Positions 24,491 to 34,014 of a stretch of 64,000 nucleotides of DNA are shown here, piece after piece (the first letter of the stretch is position 1; every line of letters begins with the position of its first letter). Both the position numbers and the translations under genes were made by a program. The DNA is from Alphaproteobacteria bacterium (GTDB lineage Bacteria; Pseudomonadota; Alphaproteobacteria; UBA8366; JADFVY01): assembly GCA_041602815.1 (NCBI GenBank), contig JBFIFO010000001.1, forward strand, positions 14,303 through 78,302. The letters run 5' to 3'. Under the pieces are notes generated by a model that was not told the origin of the DNA, ran no database searches, and saw nothing but the letters and a program-made list of their open reading frames with translations.

Positions 24491-25573
24491 CTGGAAGAAG
24501 GGGAGGACACCGCCGCGCTGGAAGGCTACGCTAAGAAGACAGCGCCTTCTCCCGCAGAAGCGCCGCCGGCACCGGAACCGACACCGAAAGCTGCGGCGGC
24601 CGCGCAGCCAACCCCGGCCGCACCGCCCGCGGCAACCCCGCAACCGGCCCCCGCAGCCAAGGGCACGCGGATATTCGCCAGCCCGCTGGCGCGTCGGATG
24701 GCGCAGCAGGCGGGGCTGGATCTCGCGCAACTGAGGGGTAGCGGGCCGAACGGCCGCATCGTCCGGACCGACGTGGAGGCTGCGAGGTCGGGTGGGCCTG
24801 GCGCCATGGCGCCTGCCGCCGCACCCGTCGCACGGCGTCCGTTGACGGCGCCGGTCGGCCCGGGTGCCCGCCAGATGGCCGAGGCCCTGGGCATGTCGTA
24901 CCGGCTCGAGCCGAACACCAATGTGCGCAAGACCATCGCCCGGCGGCTGAGTGAGTCGAAGCAGACCGTGCCGCATTTCTACCTGACGATCGAAAGCGTG
25001 ATCGACGATCTGCTGGCCGCCCGCAAGCGCATCAACGAGGACAACGATCTCAAGGTTTCGGTCAACGACTTCGTCATCAAGGCGGCCGCTGCGGCGCTGA
25101 TGCATGTCCCGGCGGCCAACGCCTCGTGGGATGACGACGGAATCCTGTATTACGATCACGCGGATATCTCGGTCGCGGTGGCGACGCCATCGGGCCTCAT
25201 CACGCCGATCGTACGGGCAGCCGAGGGCAAGGGCCTGGCGGCGATCTCGGCCGAGATGAAGGATCTCGCCGGCCGTGCCCGCGCGGGCAAGCTGAAGCCG
25301 GAAGAGTACCAGGGCGGCACGTTCTCCGTCTCCAATCTCGGCATGTACGGTATCAGGGAGTTCTCGGCCATCATCAACCCGCCGCAGGGCTGCATCCTGG
25401 CGGTCGGCGCCGGCACACAGCAGCCGATCGTCAGGGACGGCGCGCTCGCCGTCGCCACGGTGATGAACTGCACCCTCTCGGTCGATCACCGGGTGGTCGA
25501 CGGCGCCGTCGGAGCGGAATTCCTCGCCGCTTTCAAGCGGTTCGTCGAGAATCCTGTTGCCATGTTGCTGTGA
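24260..25573 (+). CDS. pdhC: Dihydrolipoamide acetyltransferase (PDH E2)
   Basis: It has a lipoyl domain, an E3-binding domain (ASPLARRMA) and a catalytic domain (SVDHRVVDGA). The start is the ATG at 24260, after GGGGAGGGGG. The track ORF from 24035 is over-extended. Confidence 0.96.
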   Translation: MPIEILMPALSPTMTEGNLAKWLKHEGDAVAAGDVIAEIETDKATMEVEAVDEGVLGRILVPDGTEGVAVNQPIALLLEEGEDTAALEGYAKKTAPSPAEAPPAPEPTPKAAAAAQPTPAAPPAATPQPAPAAKGTRIFASPLARRMAQQAGLDLAQLRGSGPNGRIVRTDVEAARSGGPGAMAPAAAPVARRPLTAPVGPGARQMAEALGMSYRLEPNTNVRKTIARRLSESKQTVPHFYLTIESVIDDLLAARKRINEDNDLKVSVNDFVIKAAAAALMHVPAANASWDDDGILYYDHADISVAVATPSGLITPIVRAAEGKGLAAISAEMKDLAGRARAGKLKPEEYQGGTFSVSNLGMYGIREFSAIINPPQGCILAVGAGTQQPIVRDGALAVATVMNCTLSVDHRVVDGAVGAEFLAAFKRFVENPVAMLL

Positions 25574-25579
25574 GGCACC

Positions 25580-25942
25580 ATGAACAAAGTCAATCTGGCC
25601 GAGAAATTCGCCCTGTTCGACGATCACTGGACTCCGCGGCTCGTCGGCACGGTCGACGACTTCGACATCAAGCTGGTCAAGCTGCAAGGCGAATTCGTCT
25701 GGCACAAGCACGACGCCGAGGACGAGCTGTTTTTCGTCGTACGCGGACGCATGGCAATCGACTTCCGCGACCGTTCGGTGGAACTGGGACAGGGCGAGTT
25801 CCTGGTGGTTCCCAAGGGCGTCGAACACCGTCCGCGCGCGAAACGGGAATGCGAGGTGATGCTTTTCGAACGTTGTGGCGTCGTCAACACGGGCGATGCA
25901 ACCGTTAGCGAACTCACCCGCCAAACGCTGGACAGGATTTGA
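25580..25942 (+). CDS. Cupin domain protein
   Basis: 120 aa with the cupin motifs WHKHDAEDELFFVVRG and VVPKGVEHRP. It sits between pdhC and lpd. Confidence 0.8.
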   Translation: MNKVNLAEKFALFDDHWTPRLVGTVDDFDIKLVKLQGEFVWHKHDAEDELFFVVRGRMAIDFRDRSVELGQGEFLVVPKGVEHRPRAKRECEVMLFERCGVVNTGDATVSELTRQTLDRI

Positions 25943-25944
25943 CC

Positions 25945-27348
25945 ATGGCAGACAGCAAATTCGACGTCGTCATCATCGGCGGCGGCCCTGGTGGATACGT
26001 GACCGCGATCCGGGCTGCGCAGCTTGGTATCAGCGCCGCCGTCGTCGAACGCAAGCATTTGGGCGGAATCTGCCTCAACTGGGGCTGCATACCGACGAAG
26101 GCGTTGCTGCGCTCGGCGGAGGTCTACCGCAATATGAACCATGCGGTCGATTACGGCCTGACAGCGGAAAAGGTGGGGTTCGACCTCGGCAAGATCGTCG
26201 AACGGTCACGCAAGGTTTCGAAGAAGCTCAGCGGTGGCGTCGGCTTCTTGTTGAAGAAAAACAAGGTTGCGGTCTTCGATGGAGAGGGCCGGCTGGATGG
26301 CCCCGGCAAGGTCAAGGTTACCAACGAAGGAAAGCCGGTGGCCACCGTTACGGCCAAGCACGTCATTCTGGCGACCGGCGCGCGTGCGCGCGAACTGCCG
26401 GGCTTGGAGCCGGACGGAAAGTTCGTGTGGTCGTATATGGAAGCGCTGGTGCCCGATAAGATGCCGAAATCGCTTCTGGTTGTCGGATCCGGCGCCATCG
26501 GCATCGAATTCGCCAGTTTTTTCCGCACACTCGGTGCAGCGGTAACGGTTGTCGAGGTGCTGCCGCAGATCCTGCCGATCGAAGATTCGGAGATCGCTGC
26601 GCTGGCCCACAAGCAGTTCGAGAAGGACGGCATGACAATCATCACGGGGGCCAAGGTGACCGGGTTAAAAAAGGGCAAGGATACGGTCACCGCCACCGTC
26701 GAAGACGCGAAGGGGAAGAAGACTGAGATCACCGTCGAGCGCGTAATCTCGGCCGTCGGGGTGGTCGGAAACGTCGAGGACCTGGGGCTCGAAGGGACCA
26801 AGGTGAAGGTCGAGCGCGGCTGCATCGTCGCCGACGGTTTCGGCCGCACTGACGAGCCGGGAGTCTACGCGATCGGGGATGTCGCGGGCCCGCCGATGCT
26901 GGCCCACAAGGCGAGCCACGAAGGAATCGTCTGCATCGAGAAGATCGCCGGTCTGAAGGACGTCCATCCCATGAACAAGGCACGGATCCCCGGCTGCACC
27001 TACTGCCATCCCCAGGTTGCCAGCGTTGGCCTTACCGAGGCCAAGGCCAAGGAATCAGGGCGCAAGGTGCGCGTCGGCCGCTTTCCGTTCGCAGGCAACG
27101 GCAAGGCGATCGCGTTGGGCGAGCCGGAAGGCATGATCAAGACCGTCTTCGACGAAAAGACCGGGGAATTGCTCGGTGCCCACATGGTCGGCGCTGAGGT
27201 GACCGAGCTGATCCAGGGCTACGTCGTTGCGATGGGGCTGGAGACCACAGAGGCGGAGCTGATCCACACGGTCTTCCCGCATCCGACATTGAGCGAGATG
27301 ATGCACGAGTCCGTGCTTGACGCCTACGGCCGCGTCATCCACATCTGA
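25945..27348 (+). CDS. lpdA: Dihydrolipoyl dehydrogenase (E3)
   Basis: It has the GGGPGGY FAD site and the redox disulfide [11 protein letters not shown] prefer the ATG at 25945 over the TTG at 25939. Confidence 0.96.
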   Translation: MADSKFDVVIIGGGPGGYVTAIRAAQLGISAAVVERKHLGGICLNWGCIPTKALLRSAEVYRNMNHAVDYGLTAEKVGFDLGKIVERSRKVSKKLSGGVGFLLKKNKVAVFDGEGRLDGPGKVKVTNEGKPVATVTAKHVILATGARARELPGLEPDGKFVWSYMEALVPDKMPKSLLVVGSGAIGIEFASFFRTLGAAVTVVEVLPQILPIEDSEIAALAHKQFEKDGMTIITGAKVTGLKKGKDTVTATVEDAKGKKTEITVERVISAVGVVGNVEDLGLEGTKVKVERGCIVADGFGRTDEPGVYAIGDVAGPPMLAHKASHEGIVCIEKIAGLKDVHPMNKARIPGCTYCHPQVASVGLTEAKAKESGRKVRVGRFPFAGNGKAIALGEPEGMIKTVFDEKTGELLGAHMVGAEVTELIQGYVVAMGLETTEAELIHTVFPHPTLSEMMHESVLDAYGRVIHI

Positions 27349-27376
27349 TGTCCACGAGTCGTTGGAAGAAAGTGAC

Positions 27377-28321
27377 ATGAGCATCGGTGCGGCCCCCAGA
27401 CCGCGGCATCCCGAGAAACGCAACCGGCCCGACAGCCCGGTGGCGCGCAAGCCGGACTGGATCCGCGTGAAGGCGCCCGTTTCCAGGGAATACCAGGAGA
27501 CCCGCAGAATCGTGCGGGACAACCGGCTGCATACCGTCTGCGAGGAGGCGGCGTGTCCGAACATCGGTGAATGCTGGGCCAAGCGACACGCCACCATGAT
27601 GATCATGGGCGAAGTCTGCACCCGTGCCTGCGCGTTCTGCAACGTCGCCACCGGACGGCCGGCGCCGCTCGACCCGATGGAACCCCTCAACGTTGCGCTT
27701 GCTGTGGCCCAGCTGGGACTAGAACACGTCGTCGTTACCTCGGTCGACCGAGACGACCTTGCCGACGGCGGAGCCGATCATTTCGCGAAGGTGATCCGGG
27801 CGATCCGTGAGGAGGCACCGAACACCACCATCGAGGTCCTGACCCCGGATTTCAAGCACCGGAACGGTGCCATCGAGATTGTGACCGCGGCCCGGCCGGA
27901 CGTGTTCAACCACAACCTCGAAACGGTGCCCAGGCTGTATCCGGCGATCCGCCCGGGTGCGCGTTATTTCACCAGTCTCGAACTGCTGCACCGCGTCAAG
28001 CGCATCGATCCGTCGATGTTCACCAAATCCGGGCTGATGGTCGGGCTGGGAGAGACGCGCGAGGAGGTCGGCCAGGTGATGGATGATCTCCGGGCGGCGG
28101 AGGTTGATTTTCTGACGATCGGCCAGTACCTCCAGCCGACCCGCAAACATGCGCCGGTCGACCGGTTCGTCACGCCCCAAGAGTTCAACGAATACGCCAC
28201 TCTTGCCCGCGGCAAGGGCTTCCTTCTGGTCGCGAGTACGCCATTGACGCGGTCTTCCTACCATGCTGGGGAGGATTTTGCGCGGCTCCGTGCGGCCCGC
28301 GAGGCGCAGCAGCTAGGCTGA
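27377..28321 (+). CDS. lipA: Lipoyl synthase
   Basis: It has the radical-SAM cluster CTRACAFC and the auxiliary cluster [12 protein letters not shown]. The start is the ATG at 27377. Confidence 0.96.
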   Translation: MSIGAAPRPRHPEKRNRPDSPVARKPDWIRVKAPVSREYQETRRIVRDNRLHTVCEEAACPNIGECWAKRHATMMIMGEVCTRACAFCNVATGRPAPLDPMEPLNVALAVAQLGLEHVVVTSVDRDDLADGGADHFAKVIRAIREEAPNTTIEVLTPDFKHRNGAIEIVTAARPDVFNHNLETVPRLYPAIRPGARYFTSLELLHRVKRIDPSMFTKSGLMVGLGETREEVGQVMDDLRAAEVDFLTIGQYLQPTRKHAPVDRFVTPQEFNEYATLARGKGFLLVASTPLTRSSYHAGEDFARLRAAREAQQLG

Positions 28322-28334
28322 CTCGCTCCCAACC

Positions 28335-28787
28335 ATGGCCACTCACGCGGAAAAGCGGGTGCTCCCCTACCGCCCGGACCAGATGTTCGACCTCGTCGCG
28401 GGCGTCGAACAGTATCCCGAGTTCCTGCCCTGGTGCCTTGGAGCGCGCATTCGCAGCCGACGGGACAACGTCATCGTTGCCGACCTGATCATCGGGTTCA
28501 AAGGCATTCGAGAACGGTTCACAAGCCGGGTGACGCTTGACCGGCCCGGCATGCGCATCGACGTTGCCTATCTCGACGGCCCGTTCCGCTACCTCAACAA
28601 TCACTGGATCTTCAACGCGTTGCCCGGCGACGCATGCGAAATTGACTTTTTTGTCGATTTCGAGTTCCGCTCGCGCATCCTTCAGCGGATCATGGGGGTG
28701 CTGTTCAACGAGGCGGTGCGGCGCATGGTGGCCGCCTTCGAAGCCCGGGCCCGCCGCCTGTACGGGACCGGCACCCAGACGACCTGA
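28335..28787 (+). CDS. SRPBCC/START-fold protein of the RatA/Coq10 family
   Basis: 150 aa (YPEFLPWC...NHW) typical of the cyclase/dehydrase protein that follows lipA in Alphaproteobacteria. Confidence 0.85.
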   Translation: MATHAEKRVLPYRPDQMFDLVAGVEQYPEFLPWCLGARIRSRRDNVIVADLIIGFKGIRERFTSRVTLDRPGMRIDVAYLDGPFRYLNNHWIFNALPGDACEIDFFVDFEFRSRILQRIMGVLFNEAVRRMVAAFEARARRLYGTGTQTT

Positions 28788-28966
28788 CGACCGTCCGGAA
28801 CCGATACGCTGTTGTAACGAATGATACTTAAATTTTAGTAGAATCCCGCCGACCGCAATGCAATGTGGTTGAGGTCATTGGGCCGTTCGTAGCAGCGAAA
28901 CGGGATCCGCGGGGCCAGGAAACCGGATTGCCCGTAAGAAACTAGGCATGGCACCTAATTTTTAGT

Positions 28967-29719
28967 ATGGTCGCGGTCGAGTCGGCGGGGGGTCAAAGGC
29001 TGGTGACCATCACACCACGGCAGATTCGCGCAGCGCGCGCGATGCTCGAGATCAAGCAGAAGGACCTTGCACGCGCGGCAGGGATATCACTTGCGACGCT
29101 GAACAACATCGAACGTGGCGTCGCCGACCCGCGCAGCAGCACGCTGGCCGCGATCGAGCGTGCGCTCGCCACTGTCGGTGTCGAGGTGGGCGACGACGGA
29201 TTGACGGAGGAGGTCCGCCTGCACCGGCTGTCGCGGCCAAGCTCCTACGATACGCTGTTCGCGAGCCAGCGCGTCCTTGAGACGGTCGGTCCGGCCTCAC
29301 TGGTGCGCATTCGCAGGATTCTCTTTTTCGCCCGGCTGAGCGGGCGGGTCGGCGCCACGGCGCCGCGTATCTGCCTGCTAATCGAGGGGCGCAGCCGGAC
29401 GGTCCTGTTCGATCTGGTCGATTTCACGGTTGAAAATGACAGCCGTGCCGCCGAGGTCGCCGGTATCTTGTTGGCCTGCTATGCCTTTCACGCGGATAAG
29501 CTCTACTATCTCGACCGGGTGCTAGAGGACACCAGCACAGCGGACGTCGCCGAGACCGTGTCGCGCTTGCGGGACATGCAGTGGCGGCGCTTGGAGCACC
29601 CGCGCGACCTGTTCAACGTGTTCGACAGCTGGGACGAGCATCTGCTCAATTTCGCGCGACGTCCCGGTCATCCGATGCGCGATCTCGTCGCTCTGTTGCT
29701 CAAACCACAGCAAGACTGA
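28967..29719 (+). CDS. XRE-family helix-turn-helix protein with an uncharacterised C-terminal domain
   Basis: The N-terminal ~70 aa (ITPRQIRAARAMLEIKQKDLARAAGISLATLNNIERG) form a clear HTH_XRE domain. I do not recognise the remaining ~160 aa. An alternative GTG start at 29003, with an AAAGG Shine-Dalgarno sequence, is plausible. Confidence 0.7.
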   Translation: MVAVESAGGQRLVTITPRQIRAARAMLEIKQKDLARAAGISLATLNNIERGVADPRSSTLAAIERALATVGVEVGDDGLTEEVRLHRLSRPSSYDTLFASQRVLETVGPASLVRIRRILFFARLSGRVGATAPRICLLIEGRSRTVLFDLVDFTVENDSRAAEVAGILLACYAFHADKLYYLDRVLEDTSTADVAETVSRLRDMQWRRLEHPRDLFNVFDSWDEHLLNFARRPGHPMRDLVALLLKPQQD

Positions 29720-30197
29720 GCGCAAGGTCCAGCGCCGCCAGCACGGTGGCTTCGCGAATTTGTGCCCGGTTTCCTCCGAAAAGATGACGATCGACGCGCG
29801 TGTGCCCGTCGCGACGGGCGCCGGCGATGAATACCAGTCCGACCGGTTTTTCTGCCTGGCCGCCTCCTGGCCCAGCGATCCCGGTGACGGCGACGGCGAT
29901 ATCGGCGCGCGAATGCTTGAGGGTTCCTCTTGCCATGGCTCCGGCCACCGGCTCGCTGACCGCACCATGTTCGATCAGGAGCGCTTCCGGAATTTCCAGA
30001 AGTTCGGCCTTGGCCTCGTCCGCGTAAGTTACGAAACCGCGCTCGAAAACGTGGGACGACCCGGCCAGTTCGGTCATGCAGGCGGCGATCAGCCCACCCG
30101 TGCACGACTCCGCCGTCGCGAGCTTGAGTCCGGCCCTGTCCAGCGCCGACATGACGGCTTCCGCACGCATCACCAGCGCAGGTGGAAGCGTCGCCAT
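29700..30197 (-). CDS. CinA-family nicotinamide-nucleotide amidohydrolase (PncC domain)
   Basis: It has the TAESCTGG motif and GIAGPGGG. The start is taken as the ATG at 30197, which overlaps the pgpA stop (TAATG). The track start is 30212. Confidence 0.85.
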   Translation of the reverse strand: MATLPPALVMRAEAVMSALDRAGLKLATAESCTGGLIAACMTELAGSSHVFERGFVTYADEAKAELLEIPEALLIEHGAVSEPVAGAMARGTLKHSRADIAVAVTGIAGPGGGQAEKPVGLVFIAGARRDGHTRVDRHLFGGNRAQIREATVLAALDLALSLAVV

Positions 30198-30682
30198 TAC
30201 CCGACCACCCACAGCAGGGCATAAAGGGCGAGGCCCGCATAGACGCCTGCAACCATGTCATCGAGCATGACGCCCATACCCCCTTCGAGCTTACTGTCCG
30301 CCCAGTTGGCCGGCCAGGGCTTGGCGATGTCCGCCATACGGAACAGAATGAAGCCCGCGATGTACGTCGTCGGATCCGGGCTGAATGGCGCAAGTGTCAG
30401 CCACTGCCCCGCCACTTCGTCGATGACGATCGGGCCGGCATCCTTGATACCGGAGTGCCGGCCGTAAACGTCGGCGGCCCAGATACCGATAACGAACGCT
30501 ATGAGTGCGGCCGCGAGAAGCGCCCAGGGACCGCCATACCATGCAATCGCCCAGGCAAAGGGCAGGGCGGCGGCAGAGCCCCACGTACCCGGGATTTTCG
30601 GAAGCAGGCCGCTGCCGAACCACGTTGCGAGGAGAAACGCCGGATGCCAGACCGGCAGCGTCGCGGGTATCTTGCCGCTCAT
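30197..30682 (-). CDS. pgpA: Phosphatidylglycerophosphatase A
   Basis: 161 aa with PgpA motifs (FGSGLLPKIPGTWGS, DEVAGQW). It has a 4-nt overlap with the ispDF stop. Confidence 0.9.
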   Translation of the reverse strand: MSGKIPATLPVWHPAFLLATWFGSGLLPKIPGTWGSAAALPFAWAIAWYGGPWALLAAALIAFVIGIWAADVYGRHSGIKDAGPIVIDEVAGQWLTLAPFSPDPTTYIAGFILFRMADIAKPWPANWADSKLEGGMGVMLDDMVAGVYAGLALYALLWVVG

Positions 30683-31827
30683 AGCCGAACCGTCGCCGCC
30701 GCCTGCGCGGCTATGCCCTCGCGCCGCCCCGTGAAGCCGAGCCCCTCCGTCGTGGTCGCCTTCACACTGATACGATCGACCGCGATGCCCACGATTTCAG
30801 CAATCCGTGCCTTCATGGCCTCACGGTGGGGGCCGATCCTCGGCGCCTCGCAGATCAACGTCACGTCGAGGTGCCGGATTTCACCACCGCGCGCAGATAC
30901 GAGTGATACGGCATGCTGCAGGAACAAAGCCGAATCGGCATCGCGCCAGCGCGGATCGGACGGCGGAAAATGATCGCCGATATCGGCATCGCCCAGAGCC
31001 CCCAGAACGGCATCCGTCAGCGCATGCAGCGCGACGTCCGCATCGGAATGTCCCGCGACGCCTTTATCATGAGAAATCCATATACCACAGATATATAGAC
31101 CATTTCCCTTAATAAAACGATGAACGTCGAACCCGGTTCCGACTCGGATATCCCCCCGGCGCGACAGCAGCACTGCCGCACGCTCGAAATCGTCCTCGTG
31201 AGTGATTTTGAAATTGTCTTCGCTACCGGCCACGAGCGTGACCGGGACGCCGGCGGCTTCGGCGACCGCGGCATCGTCCGGCAGGTCGGTGGCGTCGACG
31301 CGACGATGCGCGTCGAGTATTGCCGAGTACACGAACCCCTGGGGGGTCTGGGCACGCCAGAGTCCCTGGCGCGGTATGGTCGATGAAACGCGTTTGCCGG
31401 GGCCGGCCGTCTTGAGGGTGTCGCTCACCGGAACCGCCGGAACTGCTGCTGGCACTGTCTCGAGGGCATCGAGCACCCGGTCGACAATCGGACGGTCCGC
31501 CAGGGGGCGGGCGGCGTCGTGGATCAACACGAGGTGCGGCGCATCATCGGCGAGCGCCTCCAGTCCATTGCGGCATGATTCGTGGCGACTGGCACCGCCA
31601 CTTATCGGAGGCGGCAGGCCGAGACCGGCAGTCGCCTCGTCATAGCGGGCCCGGTCGTCCGGATGGATGACGACGCGGACAGAGGCGACGTGCGGATGTC
31701 GAAGGAATGTGGCGCAGCTGCGCCGCAGGACGCTCTGACCGGCCAGCATTCGGTACTGTTTCGGCACGCCGCCGCCGGCCCTGCGACCCCGTCCGGCCGC
31801 GACGATCAAGGCGACGGCATCGGCCAT
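30679..31827 (-). CDS. ispDF: Bifunctional MEP cytidylyltransferase / MEcDP synthase
   Basis: The IspD part is VALIVAAGRGRRAG and the IspF part is GHSDADVALHA. The start is trimmed to MADAVALIV; the track start is 31884. Confidence 0.93.
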   Translation of the reverse strand: MADAVALIVAAGRGRRAGGGVPKQYRMLAGQSVLRRSCATFLRHPHVASVRVVIHPDDRARYDEATAGLGLPPPISGGASRHESCRNGLEALADDAPHLVLIHDAARPLADRPIVDRVLDALETVPAAVPAVPVSDTLKTAGPGKRVSSTIPRQGLWRAQTPQGFVYSAILDAHRRVDATDLPDDAAVAEAAGVPVTLVAGSEDNFKITHEDDFERAAVLLSRRGDIRVGTGFDVHRFIKGNGLYICGIWISHDKGVAGHSDADVALHALTDAVLGALGDADIGDHFPPSDPRWRDADSALFLQHAVSLVSARGGEIRHLDVTLICEAPRIGPHREAMKARIAEIVGIAVDRISVKATTTEGLGFTGRREGIAAQAAATVRL

Positions 31828-31929
31828 GTCGTATCCCCTGTCGATGAGCTGCGGCATTTTGTACAGTTCCGTTCGCACTGCCAAGCGTTTGCTTTGTTGC
31901 GGCGGGTTCGGTGGTATAGTGCGCGCGCC

Positions 31930-32730
31930 ATGAGCAGCTCGACGGTTCTGTCCCTTTCCGCCCTGTTAGCACTCGTTCCAGCCGCCGTTGGCGCCTGGCG
32001 CGGTATTGGCAACCGCTCTCCTTTGTTCTGGCTGCTCACCGTCGTCGCCGGGGTTGGCCCTCTGGCGCTGATTGCAGTACGGTTCGGCGGCGTATGGAGC
32101 ACGGGTCTGGCGGAAACGTTGTGGGTGACGGTGTTCGCCAGCATCCTGCTGTTTGCTGCGGTCGCCGGACTGTCGCGTGAAGGGTGGCGGCTTGCACCGC
32201 TGTTGTTTCCATACCTGATCCTTCTAGGCCTCATTGCCACGATCTGGGAACAGGCACCGCGGGGACCAATGCCGGAGGCATTGCGCGACGGCTGGATCCT
32301 GTTCCACGTGGTCATTGCGGTGGCGACGTACGGACTGCTGACCCTGGCAGCGATCGCCGGCCTCGCGGTCTTGCTCAGGGAGCATGGGATGCGGGCCAAA
32401 CGGCGCGGCGCCCTCTCGGACCTTCTGCCATCGGTGGCCGATGCCGAACGCCTTCAGGTCGGCCTGCTGGCGGCCTCCGAGATCGTGCTCGGTCTTGGCC
32501 TGGTGACCGGTATGGGTCTGCAACTCCTGGCCACGGGCGACCTGCTCGCGTTCGATCACAAGACATTGCTGACTCTCGGCGGCTTCGCGGTCATCGCCGG
32601 CCTGCTGTTCGCGCATTACCGCACCGGTCTGCGCGGGCGCAGGGTGGCCCGTCTCCTCCTGGTCGCCTATCTGTTGGTGACCCTCGGCTTTCCGGGTGTG
32701 AAATTCGTCCAGGACGTCGTTCTGGTTTGA
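31930..32730 (+). CDS. Cytochrome c assembly family (CcsA/YpjD-like) inner membrane protein
   Basis: 266 aa and about 8 TM helices, with a pattern like YpjD/CcsA-family proteins. The start is trimmed to MSSSTVLSLSALL (ATG 31930); the track start is 31582. Confidence 0.72.
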   Translation: MSSSTVLSLSALLALVPAAVGAWRGIGNRSPLFWLLTVVAGVGPLALIAVRFGGVWSTGLAETLWVTVFASILLFAAVAGLSREGWRLAPLLFPYLILLGLIATIWEQAPRGPMPEALRDGWILFHVVIAVATYGLLTLAAIAGLAVLLREHGMRAKRRGALSDLLPSVADAERLQVGLLAASEIVLGLGLVTGMGLQLLATGDLLAFDHKTLLTLGGFAVIAGLLFAHYRTGLRGRRVARLLLVAYLLVTLGFPGVKFVQDVVLV

Positions 32731-32883
32731 CGATGAGCTGGCCGTCGAATTGTTATCCCTTGCTTTTGATGGTCAAATTGGGTTAATTGCCCAAATTTCG
32801 AGCACGTCAATATTGCGCACAAACATTAAGCAATTGCCCAAGTTTTTCCCACTTCAAACCCTTACAGCTGCGAAGTATCACTT

Positions 32884-34014
32884 GTGGAAATCTTGCAGGA
32901 ACAGGACCACCAAATATCCGGATCAGCCGAGGTCGACGGCACTGCCGTACTGAATGCCCTGCCGGATCCCGTGCTCGTCATCGACGGCCCCGGAAGCGAC
33001 ATCCTCTATGTCAATGGCGCGGCCGAGCAATTGTTTCAGGCCAGTGCCGCTTTTCTGCGGACAAAAGCGCTTGCCGATATCATCCCTCATGACAGCCCGG
33101 TCCTGCTGCTCGTCGAACGCGTCCGGCGCAGTGGCAGCAACATGTCGCAGCACGCGGTGCGTCTGGATTCGCCACGGATCGGCGAGCATCTCATGCGCGT
33201 CGATGCGGCGCCGATGGCGGAGTATGAGGAACGAATTGTCCTGACCCTCCAGGAGCAGTCGATCGCCGGCAAGATCGACAGATCGCTGACACACCGCGAC
33301 TCGACGCGGTCAGTCTCGGCAATGGCGTCGCTGCTGGCGCACGAGATCAAGAACCCGCTGTCCGGTGTGCGCGGTGCCGCGCAACTGCTCGAACAGTCGC
33401 TGGGCCCGGAGGACGCCCAGCTGACGCGCCTCATCGTCGAGGAAGCGGACCGGATCGTCCGGCTGATCGATCGGATGGAAGCCTTTACCGGCGATATGCC
33501 GCTCGACGCGCTGGGTCCAGTCAACATCCATGAAGTGCTTGAGCGTGTCCTTTCGCTTGCGCGTACCGGCTTTGCCTCGCACGCTCGCTTTGCCGAGCGT
33601 TACGATCCGTCGCTGCCGCCGGTCTACGGGAACAGCGACCGCCTCATCCAGGCGTTTCTGAACCTGGTCAAGAACGCGGCGGAGGCGGCGCCGAAGGACG
33701 GGGGCGAAATCATCGTGACGACCGGATACCAGCATGGCGTACGGCTTGCCGCGCCAAGCGGCGACACGCCGATGCAGCTACCTCTGGTCGTTACGATCCA
33801 GGACAATGGATCCGGTATTCCGGAAGACCTGCGGCCACACATCTTCGATCCGTTCGTAACGACCAAACCGGGGGGCACCGGGCTGGGCTTGCCCTTGGTC
33901 GCCAAGCTGATCGGCGAGCTCGGTGGCGTGATCGACGTTGAGAGCCGGCCGCGGCGCACGATCTTCCGAGTCCTGTTGCCGATTGTCCGCGAAGGAGGGC
34001 CCGGCCATGCCTGA
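32884..34014 (+). CDS. ntrB: Nitrogen regulation sensor histidine kinase NtrB
   Basis: It has a PAS domain, the H-box [12 protein letters not shown] and N/G boxes. It has an 8-nt overlap with ntrC. GTG start. Confidence 0.9.
   Translation: MEILQEQDHQISGSAEVDGTAVLNALPDPVLVIDGPGSDILYVNGAAEQLFQASAAFLRTKALADIIPHDSPVLLLVERVRRSGSNMSQHAVRLDSPRIGEHLMRVDAAPMAEYEERIVLTLQEQSIAGKIDRSLTHRDSTRSVSAMASLLAHEIKNPLSGVRGAAQLLEQSLGPEDAQLTRLIVEEADRIVRLIDRMEAFTGDMPLDALGPVNIHEVLERVLSLARTGFASHARFAERYDPSLPPVYGNSDRLIQAFLNLVKNAAEAAPKDGGEIIVTTGYQHGVRLAAPSGDTPMQLPLVVTIQDNGSGIPEDLRPHIFDPFVTTKPGGTGLGLPLVAKLIGELGGVIDVESRPRRTIFRVLLPIVREGGPGHA

Noticed and set aside
28335-28787. The RatA-family protein considered as the toxin of a type II toxin-antitoxin pair, with the downstream HTH gene as antitoxin.
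   Set aside because: This SRPBCC/Coq10-like gene is a conserved neighbour of lipA in Alphaproteobacteria. The HTH gene is separated from it by a 179-bp spacer, is 250 aa long, and does not show TA-like coupling.
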